Shown: in pieces, positions 39,642 to 50,009 of the stretch
How the letters are laid out: each line of letters starts with the position of its first letter
Position numbering within the stretch: the stretch's first letter is position 1
Origin: Macrostomum lignano
Lineage: Eukaryota
Assembly: GCA_002269645.1 (NCBI GenBank)
Contig: NIVC01001149.1
Coordinates: 186,001-250,000, forward strand
Direction: 5' to 3'
Length of the DNA: 64,000 bases
Position numbers and translations under genes: made by a program
Notes under the pieces: model-generated
Database searches by the model: none
Told to the model about the DNA's origin: nothing
What the model saw: only the letters and a program-made list of their open reading frames with translations

Positions 39642-41376
39642 ATGGCTAGCAATTTTCATGAGGATGCCGTTGACTTTCTTGACGACTCACCGGCTTTGAC
39701 CAGTGATAACAGCGCCAGCGAGTACGCAAGCATTGATGGCGAGGTGGATGAAGAAGATGGCCAGAGTGACGTGGAAGGCTCTCAGGTAGAAGAAGCTTTG
39801 ATTGAAAATGGATGGAATTTCGTTCAGGAGGGCGAAGACTCGCGTCTCCGGGATGCGCCAGAATTCCTCGGAGTGCCCGGTCTGAACCCGGATCTATTAG
39901 CCCAAGCGCCGGAAAACACAATGACTCGGATCGAATTCTTCCTCTAGCACTTTATTACCTCTGATCTGGTGTCTGCCATTCGATTTTGGACCAATGCTCG
40001 AGCTGATTTCGAGCTCCAAAACATTGCAACTGAGGCTGATGGACCTCTTCCCCCCTTAATATCATCTTGGAGACAATGCACCGAAAACGAAGTGAGGAAA
40101 TGTCTCGCCATTGTCCTGTACATGGGTCTAGTGAAGAAGCCCGAATTGCACATGTATTGGTCGACTGGCGATTTCTACGGTGGTGAATATTTTCAAAAAG
40201 AGCATTGCCTCGGAAGGGATCGGTTCATTCAGATCTTGTCATTCCTCCGATTCTACGACTGCACCGCAGTAAATAATCACCAGGATTCCCTGAAGAAAAT
40301 CAGGCCATTTTTAGACATTGCGCGATGGTATTTGCCAAGCCAACTACTGCCCGAATCAGGACGTTTCAGTAGATGAAGAGTTGGTCATGTACAAAGGCAG
40401 ACTCATTTTCCGACAGTTCATGCCCAACAAGCGCGCCAGGTTCGGCATAAAGGTCTACTGTCTCACAGAGGCTTCCACCGGATTTCTGTGGAACTTCCGT
40501 GTGCATGCTGTCAAGCAGGACAACGACAGGTTTGGAGAAGGAGTGAACTGCGGGAATTTATCTTTCAGTGAAAAGATTGTTGTCGAGCTAAGCAAGGACT
40601 TGCTGGGCTTGGACTACCGGATCTACTGTGACAGCTGGTTCACGTCGCTTCGCCTAGCTCAGTTTCTGCTCGAACGTAATACCATGCTGACAGGAACCGT
40701 GAGAGTCGACCGAGGCATCCCCAACGAGCTAAAGGTGCTGGCACTGCAACCCATAAGTCACTCTCACATGCGCCGAGACGATGTTCTTGCCGTCAAGCTC
40801 GTTGACAGAAAGGCCAGTGGTCGCAAAACTGTCTACCTTTTGGACACCCACGGCGTCGCTGGAAGCACGGAAGTGAGGCGAGTAATTCGAGGCGGCGTGG
40901 TGGAGACAGTTTTGAAGCCCAACTCATTGCTGCAGTACAACAAGAGTATGGGAGGCGTCGATCGCCTTGACGCAGCGCTACAACCCTACAGTGCAGGAAG
41001 AAGGACGCACAGGTGGCACCAGAAGCTCGGGTTTCATATTTTGCTTCAGTTGGTGCGCAATGCTTGGATTTGTTACTGCCATTCTGGCAACTGCATGAAG
41101 TTCTTAGACTTCTTGGAGGCCACGATCCGCCTTCTGATGGAGCAGACGGGTCGGGGAAAGCGGCAGAACACATCGAAGCGTCGAGCTGCCTCGCTGCATA
41201 CCCCATCCAAACTACCACCGACAGAGGCCAATATGAGACCGACTAAGCGGTGCAGAGTCTGCTATGGAAACGGCTCGGCCAAGCGAACTGTCTACGTGTG
41301 CGATGCTTGCCCTGGAGAGCCTGGACTTTGCGCAGCTCCTTGCTTTCAGAGCTGGCACACTGCCGCGGGGAACTGA
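39642..41376 (+). pseudogene. piggyBac-family (PGBD-like) transposase with one in-frame TAG and one frameshift
   Basis: Acidic N-terminus; catalytic-type motifs VSVDEE, YCDSWFTS and GGVDRLD; KRARFGIKVY; C-terminal Cys-rich domain RCRVC...CDAC...LC..PCFQSWH. Lesions are TAG at 39945-39947 and a +1 shift near 40326. TTAA/TIR ends were not found. Confidence 0.92.
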
Positions 41377-42766
41377 TTGTACAGTCGACTTACTGTTACT
41401 CTGTAATCATCTGAATTCCTGACATCCAAACCGATCCCCTTCTGCCGAATTATCTTGTGAATTTTCTATTGTTACAAGTCAGAGAGTAAGCTACTTCTCG
41501 CTTGTTTTATGTTGAAGTGCTAGTTAAATTAGCTAAGCTTCTTTACCTCCTTAGCTTGTTTCAATAGTTCGTACAAGTCCCAGTTCGTATAATTCCGAGT
41601 CCGTCGAAGTCCCATGTGTCTCAAAATCCCAGTTATTCGAATCCCAGTGCTTCAATTGTTATACTATTTTGCTAAACTATTTACTTAGAATTTCGAATTC
41701 TTAAAATAAAAAATTTCCTCTGACACTGAACATGGAATAACAAGAACAAAAAAGTCTTTCGATCTATGAGTGAGTTGTGGGGATGTAGAAAACTGAGAAG
41801 TCAGAAAAAAAGATTGTGCCATAGACACGTTAAGCAAGAAATATTTCTTTCTAGTATATAATATGGTACGCCCAGCATGCCATCCTTGAAGACGGGGTTG
41901 GGATTCATGCAAAAGATATTTTGTGATCTTATGATTTGATTAAAAATACTTTGAAGTGAAACAGTATCTAATGAATATTAAATTTAGAGTTGTTTATTGA
42001 TTTGCATAAAATGCATCTCATATTCATCAACTATAGCCATACTGTACCATTTAGCAAATACACAACACAAGACCAAATTAAAGCATACAGTTTGTTCGTC
42101 AAAAACGAATCAAGTAATGATTCAAATTCAAATTATAATATTCTCAGTTTTAACAAACATTGTTTATATTTTTTGGATTATAAATATACTTCATTAGTTT
42201 ACTGCGTAATAAATCGGTGTATAAGTAGAGTAGCTAGCAGTAGGCTAATATTAAAATCATAAATTCTGAGATTTAGTTGCTAGTTGACTTCGGTATTAAA
42301 GAAAAACTTGAATAGAAACGTCCAAACAAAAAGTGCCGTTAATTCTGGGGAAATTTCTGAATAAATGTTGTCGGAATAAAAGTAAAACGATAGGTAAAAT
42401 ATGGATAATTAGTATAATTTAGCGTTCGAATAAAAGTTGCTTTTAAAAAGCGAGATTAAATATTCAAAATTTTCGCAGATCTTGATTTTATAGATTTTGA
42501 TTAATTATTGAGTAGATTATATCTCAGATATATTAATGATTTCATAGTGAATGTGTGTTGATTAGCTAAAATGGAAAATCGACTCATCAGGCCTCCTGTG
42601 TGACCTTCTAACGAACCACAGATGAGGCCCCGAAATCACTACAAATTAAGCAATACACACCATAGGATTTCTAAGTTGAACCAGAAAATCTCTTGTCAGC
42701 ACATGGCTATCAGTTCAGATTCGGAGTCGATTGAAAATTTCATTCAGAACATGCAGCTAGCTTCAC

Positions 42767-45566
42767 TCAGCTAATTTCCAACATTAGACGAATACTTCTC
42801 AGCATTGGTCTACTGATCGTGAATCCCACATAGTCAGCTGCGTAAAGCCACTGCATATTTCTCGAACTGTTCCATCTGCTGCCGATCTCCGACAAGTTAA
42901 AGTAGCCGTTTGGATTGACGTAGGTGCAGCTGTCGTACCACCATCCAGCGTTACTATTCTGTCTTGAGCAGCGAGAATTCGACCCCGAGTCCATTGTTGA
43001 GAAGGTCAGATTGTTGTTGTAGGAGAATGCGTCCTTAGAGGTGTTGGAGCTGCCGGGCAGGTAACCGCTGACACTCAGCCTGTACCGCGTGCTGGCGCTG
43101 CCAACCGAGAAGTGAGAGTACTCGCACACGTACAGCTTGCCGTTCTGATGGTTGCGAGCTTCCATTCGAAACAGGCGCGGCGTTGCGCCACTCAGACTGT
43201 GGATCTTCTGCAGGCCTGCAGTTGTATTAGTTGGTGATGTTGCGGCCCGAAAAGCATCCGACATTATTTTTTTTTATTAGAGGCAGGGGGGTTGTGTGCA
43301 CCCTGGCGCACTTTAAGCGACATGGGCACACAACCGGCGAGAGGCATTACTGCCCATTCCGCCGACTCCCCTGAGCAGGCATACAAGCGCGTGGATACGT
43401 ACGAAGGCACGCACTCACACAGGAGTGTACAGCGGCCCTAATTTTATATTATCGTTAGGCATGTACACTTCACTGCGCCTTGGGGGTTGGCTCTCAAGGC
43501 CGTTAATTGGACGAGCAGAGCAAAGCCGAGATTCCAATTCAAGTGCAATGACTGCACTTGGAATCGAGCCTGGGTCGCTGGCACACCAGAGCAGCTGCGC
43601 TACCGCTGGGCTACGGCCCCCCTAAGCATCCGACATACTCGAAATACAAGACAATACATGTAGCTGTGTGCTGGGAGTTCCCCACTTTCTAAGCGATTCA
43701 CTTAGCTGTGAAGAGATTGACTAGCTACTTGATCCAACAATATTTTGCTAATAAAACTTTGAATCGACGTAAGAAATGGTCAGAAGACGTATGAGCATTA
43801 TGGAAAATCAAAGAGCTAAAATGGCAAAAGTCTTGCAATGTCATAAATGCCTTGCGTAAGAGGGCGAGCCTTTGTGTGAATATAATCCAAAGCATAAGAA
43901 ACTGTGGGACAGAATCAGCCAGCTGCTAGAAGTTGATGAAACAGTGAATTCCCACCTGTCTCAGTGGTGTTGGATAGTTGCCTGCAGCGTTAGCAGCAGC
44001 ACCTCCAATACTGTTTTGGTTGTACAGGACTTATTGCATATGCTTCCAACTTCTTGCTATTGATCTTGTGATGGAAACTGTTGGGTGACTACACTCCTAG
44101 CTCATAAAAAAAGTATTACAGAAGAATACAACTCCCTAAACTGAAGGACTCACTTGATGTTTTTCGATAGCATAACTAATTCAGAAGCTGAAAGGACCAA
44201 TTTGAATTTTGGATGCTTGATAAACTTGCAAACTTAAGGAGCGTTCACTGCGTCATCGAATAAAATGATCACACATTTTGTGCAAAATGACGACAGAATT
44301 TTTATGTCATGCGAGCAGGCAGAATAGTGAACTGCTGCTAAAAAGCGCTCAGAAATTATATACTAATAACGCATTCGCAAAAACCGAAACCGAAATTTCA
44401 AATTTCAAATTTCTTAATTTCAATGTCATAATATCATCAAACCTGAGTTCTCGGCACTGCAATGATGTAGTGCAGAGCAGCCGCAGCTGAGCTGATTTCC
44501 AGTCTGCCGACACCATCAGCGGACCGACCTCGAACCGAGCACTCAACGAAGAGCTCACCGATCTCTCAGCAGTCCACAGCCGCATGAAATCGACCGAGAG
44601 AGGCGACAAGTCGGCCAACTGAGTCCTCACATCATCGCGTGTGGCCTCATCTTGCAGTACCAGATCCAGCTTCAGGTAGTGCATGTCTCGGCTGTAGTCA
44701 TACCTGACTGACTCGCTGCTCAAGCTGGAGATGTTGTGGCACAGAAGAGGCTCGATGAGGAAGTGACCCTTCATGTCGAGTCTCTGGTGCACTCGGGCAG
44801 AGCAGTTCTCGAGATTGACGGTGCGGCTGAATTTCAGCTGTCGGCATGTCATCAGGGGTGAGAATCTTTGTGCGTTTATCTCTGAGTCGAGGAGGATGTC
44901 ATTCTGCAGCCGGAGGCGACTCTGAACATCGTGGCAGGAGCCGTTTGCAATGATTGAAGCTGTTAGCTTCACTTTTTCAAGAGCTTCTCGGGGTGAATTT
45001 CTAAGGCCAGCACTGTTCTTCTGACTGTGCGCGCATTGCATTGGAAGAATGTTTTCAATTAACCATGTCTTTGGAACTCGACTTGAATTGTCCTCCGAGC
45101 TGATGTTTTTCAATCTGAGAGTGGCGACTGGCTCATCCGGAGTCCACAGGACGCCCAAAGCCCGAATCTATGAGCGGGTGTCGGCTGAGACGCTGATGTT
45201 GGTCACCGTGGCGAAGCTCACAGACCTCGGTGACAGATGCCGCAGTTGACGCTGAGCCTCTGCGAGCATCCCAGCGTCCCGCATCAATACAGGAACGCTG
45301 AAGTACATCTGCTGGGTGATGAAGTCGAATCGGGGAACAATGCCTCTCAGGCTGTCCGTCACGCACATGAGTGGCTCGACTGCCAAGTGCGGACCGTCGC
45401 TCGCTCCCGTGTCGTGCACGAACAGCGCGCAGCCGTTCACGCTGAGCTGCGCCACGAAGCGGAGCCTTGGAGAGTCAGCGGGGGCGCACTGGGAGACCTG
45501 GCCGGCTGCCAGCGAGCAGAGCAGCAGAGCCAGCAAAGTTTTGAAAAGCAAATTTAGTTGCTCCAT
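42767..45566 (-). pseudogene. FReD-cluster paralogue 1 (signal peptide + tandem unknown domain + FReD), apparently disrupted
   Basis: One frame from 45566 to 44443 is homologous to paralogues 2 and 3 but has a TAG at 45170-45168. The donor is at 44442. The FReD C-terminal exon is 43215-42767 (FSTMD...GWWYDSCTYVNPNG). The exon for the first half of the FReD was not found. Confidence 0.7.
43265..43623 (-). mobile_element. tRNA-derived SINE (family B) with poly(A) tail and 13-bp TSD
   Basis: The minus strand begins GGGGGCCGTAGCCCAGCGG...GGCTCGATTCC (A and B boxes) and ends AATAAAAAAAAAATA. It is flanked by AAGCATCCGACAT at 43252-43264 and 43624-43636. Confidence 0.9.
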
Positions 45567-45974
45567 TATCTTTGTTTGTGAGAATTGAAGACTCTACAAT
45601 CTGCTTTGTGTTTAAAGATGTGTAGAATTTTACAAACGCGTTTTAAAATAGGTTGAATTGCACTTCATCTTTGCTGTTAGCATTCTTTTATTTATTATAG
45701 TCTGCAATTTAGAAATGCGAGACAAAGGGGAACACTATAGAAAGTTTTGAATAAATAAATGCTCTATAATTAGGAAGAGACGCTTTAAAAACATATCTAT
45801 TTTTAATCTGCAAGAGCTTCTAATTGCTTATTCAGATACAGGATGCTACTGCAGAATTTCAGCGCGATCAAGTTCAGGGGTTATTTTTATACTATCAAGT
45901 GAGCTTCGGAAGTCTCGAAAGTAAACCCTGGAGGCCGGGTCGAGCTATAGTTGATAAAAGGTGAAGGAGAACTC

Positions 45975-46175
45975 TGTTTACAGTGCTTACAGTGTTTACA
46001 GTGCTTACAGTGCTTCCAGTGCTTACAGTGCTTCCAGTGCTTACAGTGCTTCCAGTGCTTACAGTGCTTACAGTGCTTACAGTGCTTACAGTGCTTACAG
46101 TGCTTCCAGTGCTTACAGTGCTTACAGTGCTTACAGTGCTTACAGTGCTTACAGTGCTTACAGTGCTTACAGTGC
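45975..46175. repeat. 9-bp microsatellite (cagtgctta)n
   Basis: About 22 tandem units between FReD paralogues 1 and 2. Confidence 0.95.
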
Positions 46176-46888
46176 TAGCAGAGACTTTGAGGTTGCCCTT
46201 AGCTTCGCAATTCAACAACAGCTTCGAACCTAACTGCTACATGTACCTGCATGTACTGACAGTGACGTATATCAAACTACAATTCATTGTCAGAGGATAA
46301 AAACAAGGCTAAATATTGTAAAATTTATTTACTATATGGCTAACTAATTTTTTATGAGAACTTTGTTGACAAATTAACTCAGAATTATCTTTATTCAATT
46401 ATCGGACTTTCTAAATCCAATAGACTCAAAAGGCTACAGATCTTTATACTTAAAGACGCGATTCACAAAATCTATGTGATGCAACAGACATGGCTCTTAA
46501 TTGTCTCTCTGTGCTCAAGCAGACTTTATCAGACTGAGTCTTCTAAGCATTTGGACGAGTTTGACGCTTTTCAGATCGGTAATTGAAAAAGCCTCACTCA
46601 ATTGTTAGCACAGGACGCAGCAGTAGTGCAACTCGAGTATAGACATTATTCAATTTTATTTAATCAATTTCTATTTATCAAAAAAAGACTTTTAAAAGAC
46701 TTCTTAAAGTACAATGACCAATTAAATTTGCTATTTTGAATCAGGCAAAAAAGAGATGACGATTACTCAGTTAATCATAGAAAAATTTTGTATATTAACA
46801 ATGCAGATTAGATTAGATGCCTTCAGATTAAGAGATATTTAGACATTATTGCTGAGCATTTGTGAGAATTCATTTGTTTCTTTTCCTG

Positions 46889-48942
46889 TCAAATCTGGAG
46901 CAGCAGTAGTACTTGGCGAAGTGCCAGCCACCGGCGACGCGAAAACCAAGACATGTACGCATCGTCCGAAGTCTCACGGGTGGAAAAAATCCCGTTTGGG
47001 TTGAAGTGCATGCAGTTGTTGAACCACCAGCCACCTTTGCCGTAGCCGTCGGAGCACGACTCACTGCGCCTGTCGTTGTCTGCGTCCATGGTGGAAAACC
47101 GGGACCGATTGCTGTGCTCCATGGCGTCCCAGCTGACGGTGGACCTCTCCGGCAGCATCTCTCGGTACGTCATCCGGTACCTGGAGCTGGCGTCGCCCAC
47201 CTGGAATCCCGCGTACTCCGCATGCAACTCAGAGCCGTTCCACAGCCTCATCTCCACTCTGAGGGTGGCGCCACCTGTGCTTAGCAGACTAATTGCAGAT
47301 AGACCTGAAAGTGCAACAAAAGCTACTGGAACTACAGCTTAGGCCTTATACAATTTCAGGATGGATAAATTTACTAAAATAACAAAAAACGAACCAATCC
47401 AAAAGTCGGTGTCGTGGCCAAAGCCAGTCTCGTATTCCGCCCACGTTCGCTGGAAGCTGACGCTTCCACTCACCCTCTGCTGGATGGTCACGAACCATCT
47501 GCCGTCAGGTAAACTGCGAAACGTCTCGAAGGAAACAATTTTGGATCGCAATAGGCTGGGAATATTGCGGCAGGAGTTGTAGGTTGAGCAGGAAGGCGAA
47601 CTGCCAATCGTTTTCATTCTCCAAGACGAAAGATGCTTATGGGACATCAATAAGCACTGATTCGCCACCAGAGAGGATGTCCGCCATTTTAGATGTCGCC
47701 ACAAGTCAACAGGCTCCGACAGAGCAGAAAATCTAAAACAAGAGGCAATTTTCCTGTCATTCAATATGGACTAAAAAATTGCATTTAACTGCAGCGCCAA
47801 CCTGGCAGCGCCACACTGGTTTAAGGACGAGCAGTACAGCCGCAGCTGAGCGGACCTCCAGTTTGCCGACACCATTAGCGGACCGACCTCGAACCGGGCA
47901 CTCAACGAAGAGCTCACCGATCTCTCAGCAGTCCACAGCCGCATGAACTCCACTGAGAGAGGCGAAAAATCAGCCAGTTTAGTTCTCACAGTCTGAAGTG
48001 ATGCTTCATCCTGCACTAAAAGGTTCAGCTTGAGATAATATTTGCCGCGGCTGAAGTCATATCTGATTGACTCGCTGCTCAAGCTGGAGATGTTGTAGCA
48101 CAGCAGAGGCTCGATAAGGAAGTGGCCCTTGATGTCGAGTCTCTGGTGCACTCGAACAGAGCAGTTCTCCAGACTGATGGAACGAATGAATCTCAGTTGT
48201 CGACATGAAGGCAGGGGACAGTACCTTAATCTGTACTCACTGGGGTCAAAGAAGCTGTGATTTTGAGTCGATACTCGGTACTGGTAGGTCTGGTAGGTTC
48301 CGTTGAGAAAAAGCTTCGTCGATAAGCGAATTCGCTGAAGGGATTCGACCGATGATAGCTGCAGTTCTGATCTGAGCAGGATGGTTCAGGTTTGTTCGAA
48401 TCTTCACTATAATGATATGTAAATGAGCCAACTTAATTTTTCAAAACTTACGAGAGCTCATATGCACTTCTGTCCATATCTGTTTCGATTCTTAGATCTC
48501 CAACGGACTCATGTGGACTCCAGATAAAAGCAATAGAACGAACAGTGGAGTTAGCATCTGTGGAAGCATTGACTTCTGACACAGCCGCAAAGGTCACAGA
48601 CTTTGGTGATAGATGTTGCAGCTGACGCTGAGCTTCTGCCAGCATCCCATCATCCGTCATCAACACAGGAATGCTCACGTACATCTGCTGGGTGATTAGG
48701 TCCACTTTCGGACTCAGAGACTTTAAGCTTCGCGTCACGCACATGAGCGGCTCGACTGCCAAGTGCGGACCGTCGCTCGCTCCCGTGTCGTGCACGAACA
48801 GCGCGCAGCCGTTCACGCTGAGCTGCGCCACGAAGCGGAGCCGTAGAGAAGAGGCAGCGGGAGCGCACTGGGAGACCTGGCCGCTGACTCCCAGATAGAA
48901 GTACAGCAGTGACAGTGCTGCATTTTTGAGTGACATTTTCAT
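46889..48942 (-). CDS. FReD-cluster paralogue 2: secreted ~604-aa protein with two copies of an unrecognised domain and a fibrinogen C-terminal domain
   Basis: Exons 48942-48452, 48371-47802, 47732-47395 and 47304-46889 total 1815 nt with GT..AG ends and consistent phases. Signal peptide [21 protein letters not shown]. FReD motifs [21 protein letters not shown]...[14 protein letters not shown] and [13 protein letters not shown]. Confidence 0.85.
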
Positions 48943-50009
48943 TGAAGTGCCTTTCCTCAAGGTTTCTGTGCCTGCTATTCGAACATAGTTGTCTTCTAAA
49001 TTTACTAATAAATAATATCTTGCCGTTGAAATTTTTTAATTTATAGTGCTAATTATATACCAGCGAATGCCAGATCAAGATTGTGTTGTCAAGTCTTAGT
49101 CAAATAAGTTTTGCTGTTTTCGTAATTGCCTGATACACCTTCTTTCACGAGTAAAATTTAAGGGCAAATATACAAAAAAATGGACTGAAATTTGATATTT
49201 TCAGCCTTTTGCTTAGGTGAATTGGTTATTTGTGACTTGCCTTGTCTGTCACTGCTTGTTGCGCACGCGCGTCTTAGAGTCACATGATGTTTTCCAATTC
49301 GCAAGTTCATTTTGGTGCAAAGCTTCGTTCGTTTCAAATTTAGCGTCTAAAGCTGTAGCGGCTTCCTCACCGTATCTGATGTTTACTCGCGTGCTTCTCT
49401 TGCAAGTTGCAGAAAGCATCTGCACCGGCTATTTGTGGGCTTGAAGCCAGTTTTCCGCTCGAAGTGGGAATCATCGATTTCCAAAACTACTTCATATACA
49501 TGTACAAACGCATTTTTCTGGACTTGATGACCTTCTAATCAAAATTGCAAGTTTTATAAAGCTGTTTGTTTAACACAGTGGTTTTTTGAAAGTTCACGAT
49601 AGCAATCCGGCCCTCTTATTTGTGTCTTTTCTCCCCACTCCTCTCTCTTCTGTCATATGTCATCTCTTTCTTCTTCACTTTCCCCATTCTCTTCTCTTTT
49701 CTCGCTCATCTCGTGCGCAGCAATGAGCTGGATTTTTATCTGGCCCTTGAGATAAAAATTTTTGCCACTCCCTGGTTTAACGCATCCTTGCGTTGAAAAC
49801 CTAAACAAAGATACAAATAAACTTTTTAATGTAGTGAAAAACAGGAAACAGCTTAATCTTAATATTGCAGCTCTGTATTGAAAACGTTAAATCTGAGAAC
49901 AGCGATTAAACAATCGCTTCCTTTATTTTATTGCGTCAAGTTTGCGCGGAAGTTTAATCATATCGACATGTCCCGATTTGAACTTGTTCGTGTCGTGTTA
50001 AGCATCAGA

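Noticed and set aside
43640-44440. WIIFTQRL frame near 43890 as the missing FReD exon 3 of paralogue 1
   Set aside because: It is not followed by the F.R.W..Y..GFG...FWIG motif and has no compatible splice sites.
21500-45170. Possible UAG stop-codon reassignment: the in-frame interruptions I found are TAG (21734, ~21515, 39945, 45168) while all gene ends are TGA
   Set aside because: The TAGs occur only in decaying elements or a damaged paralogue and fit CAG-to-TAG transitions. None occurs in ~2,000 codons of ISWI, TYMP and the zinc-finger gene.
49700-49775. ...TTTTGCCACTCCCTG resembling a hAT right terminus
   Set aside because: No partner left TIR or TSD was seen nearby. At most it is an orphan fragment.
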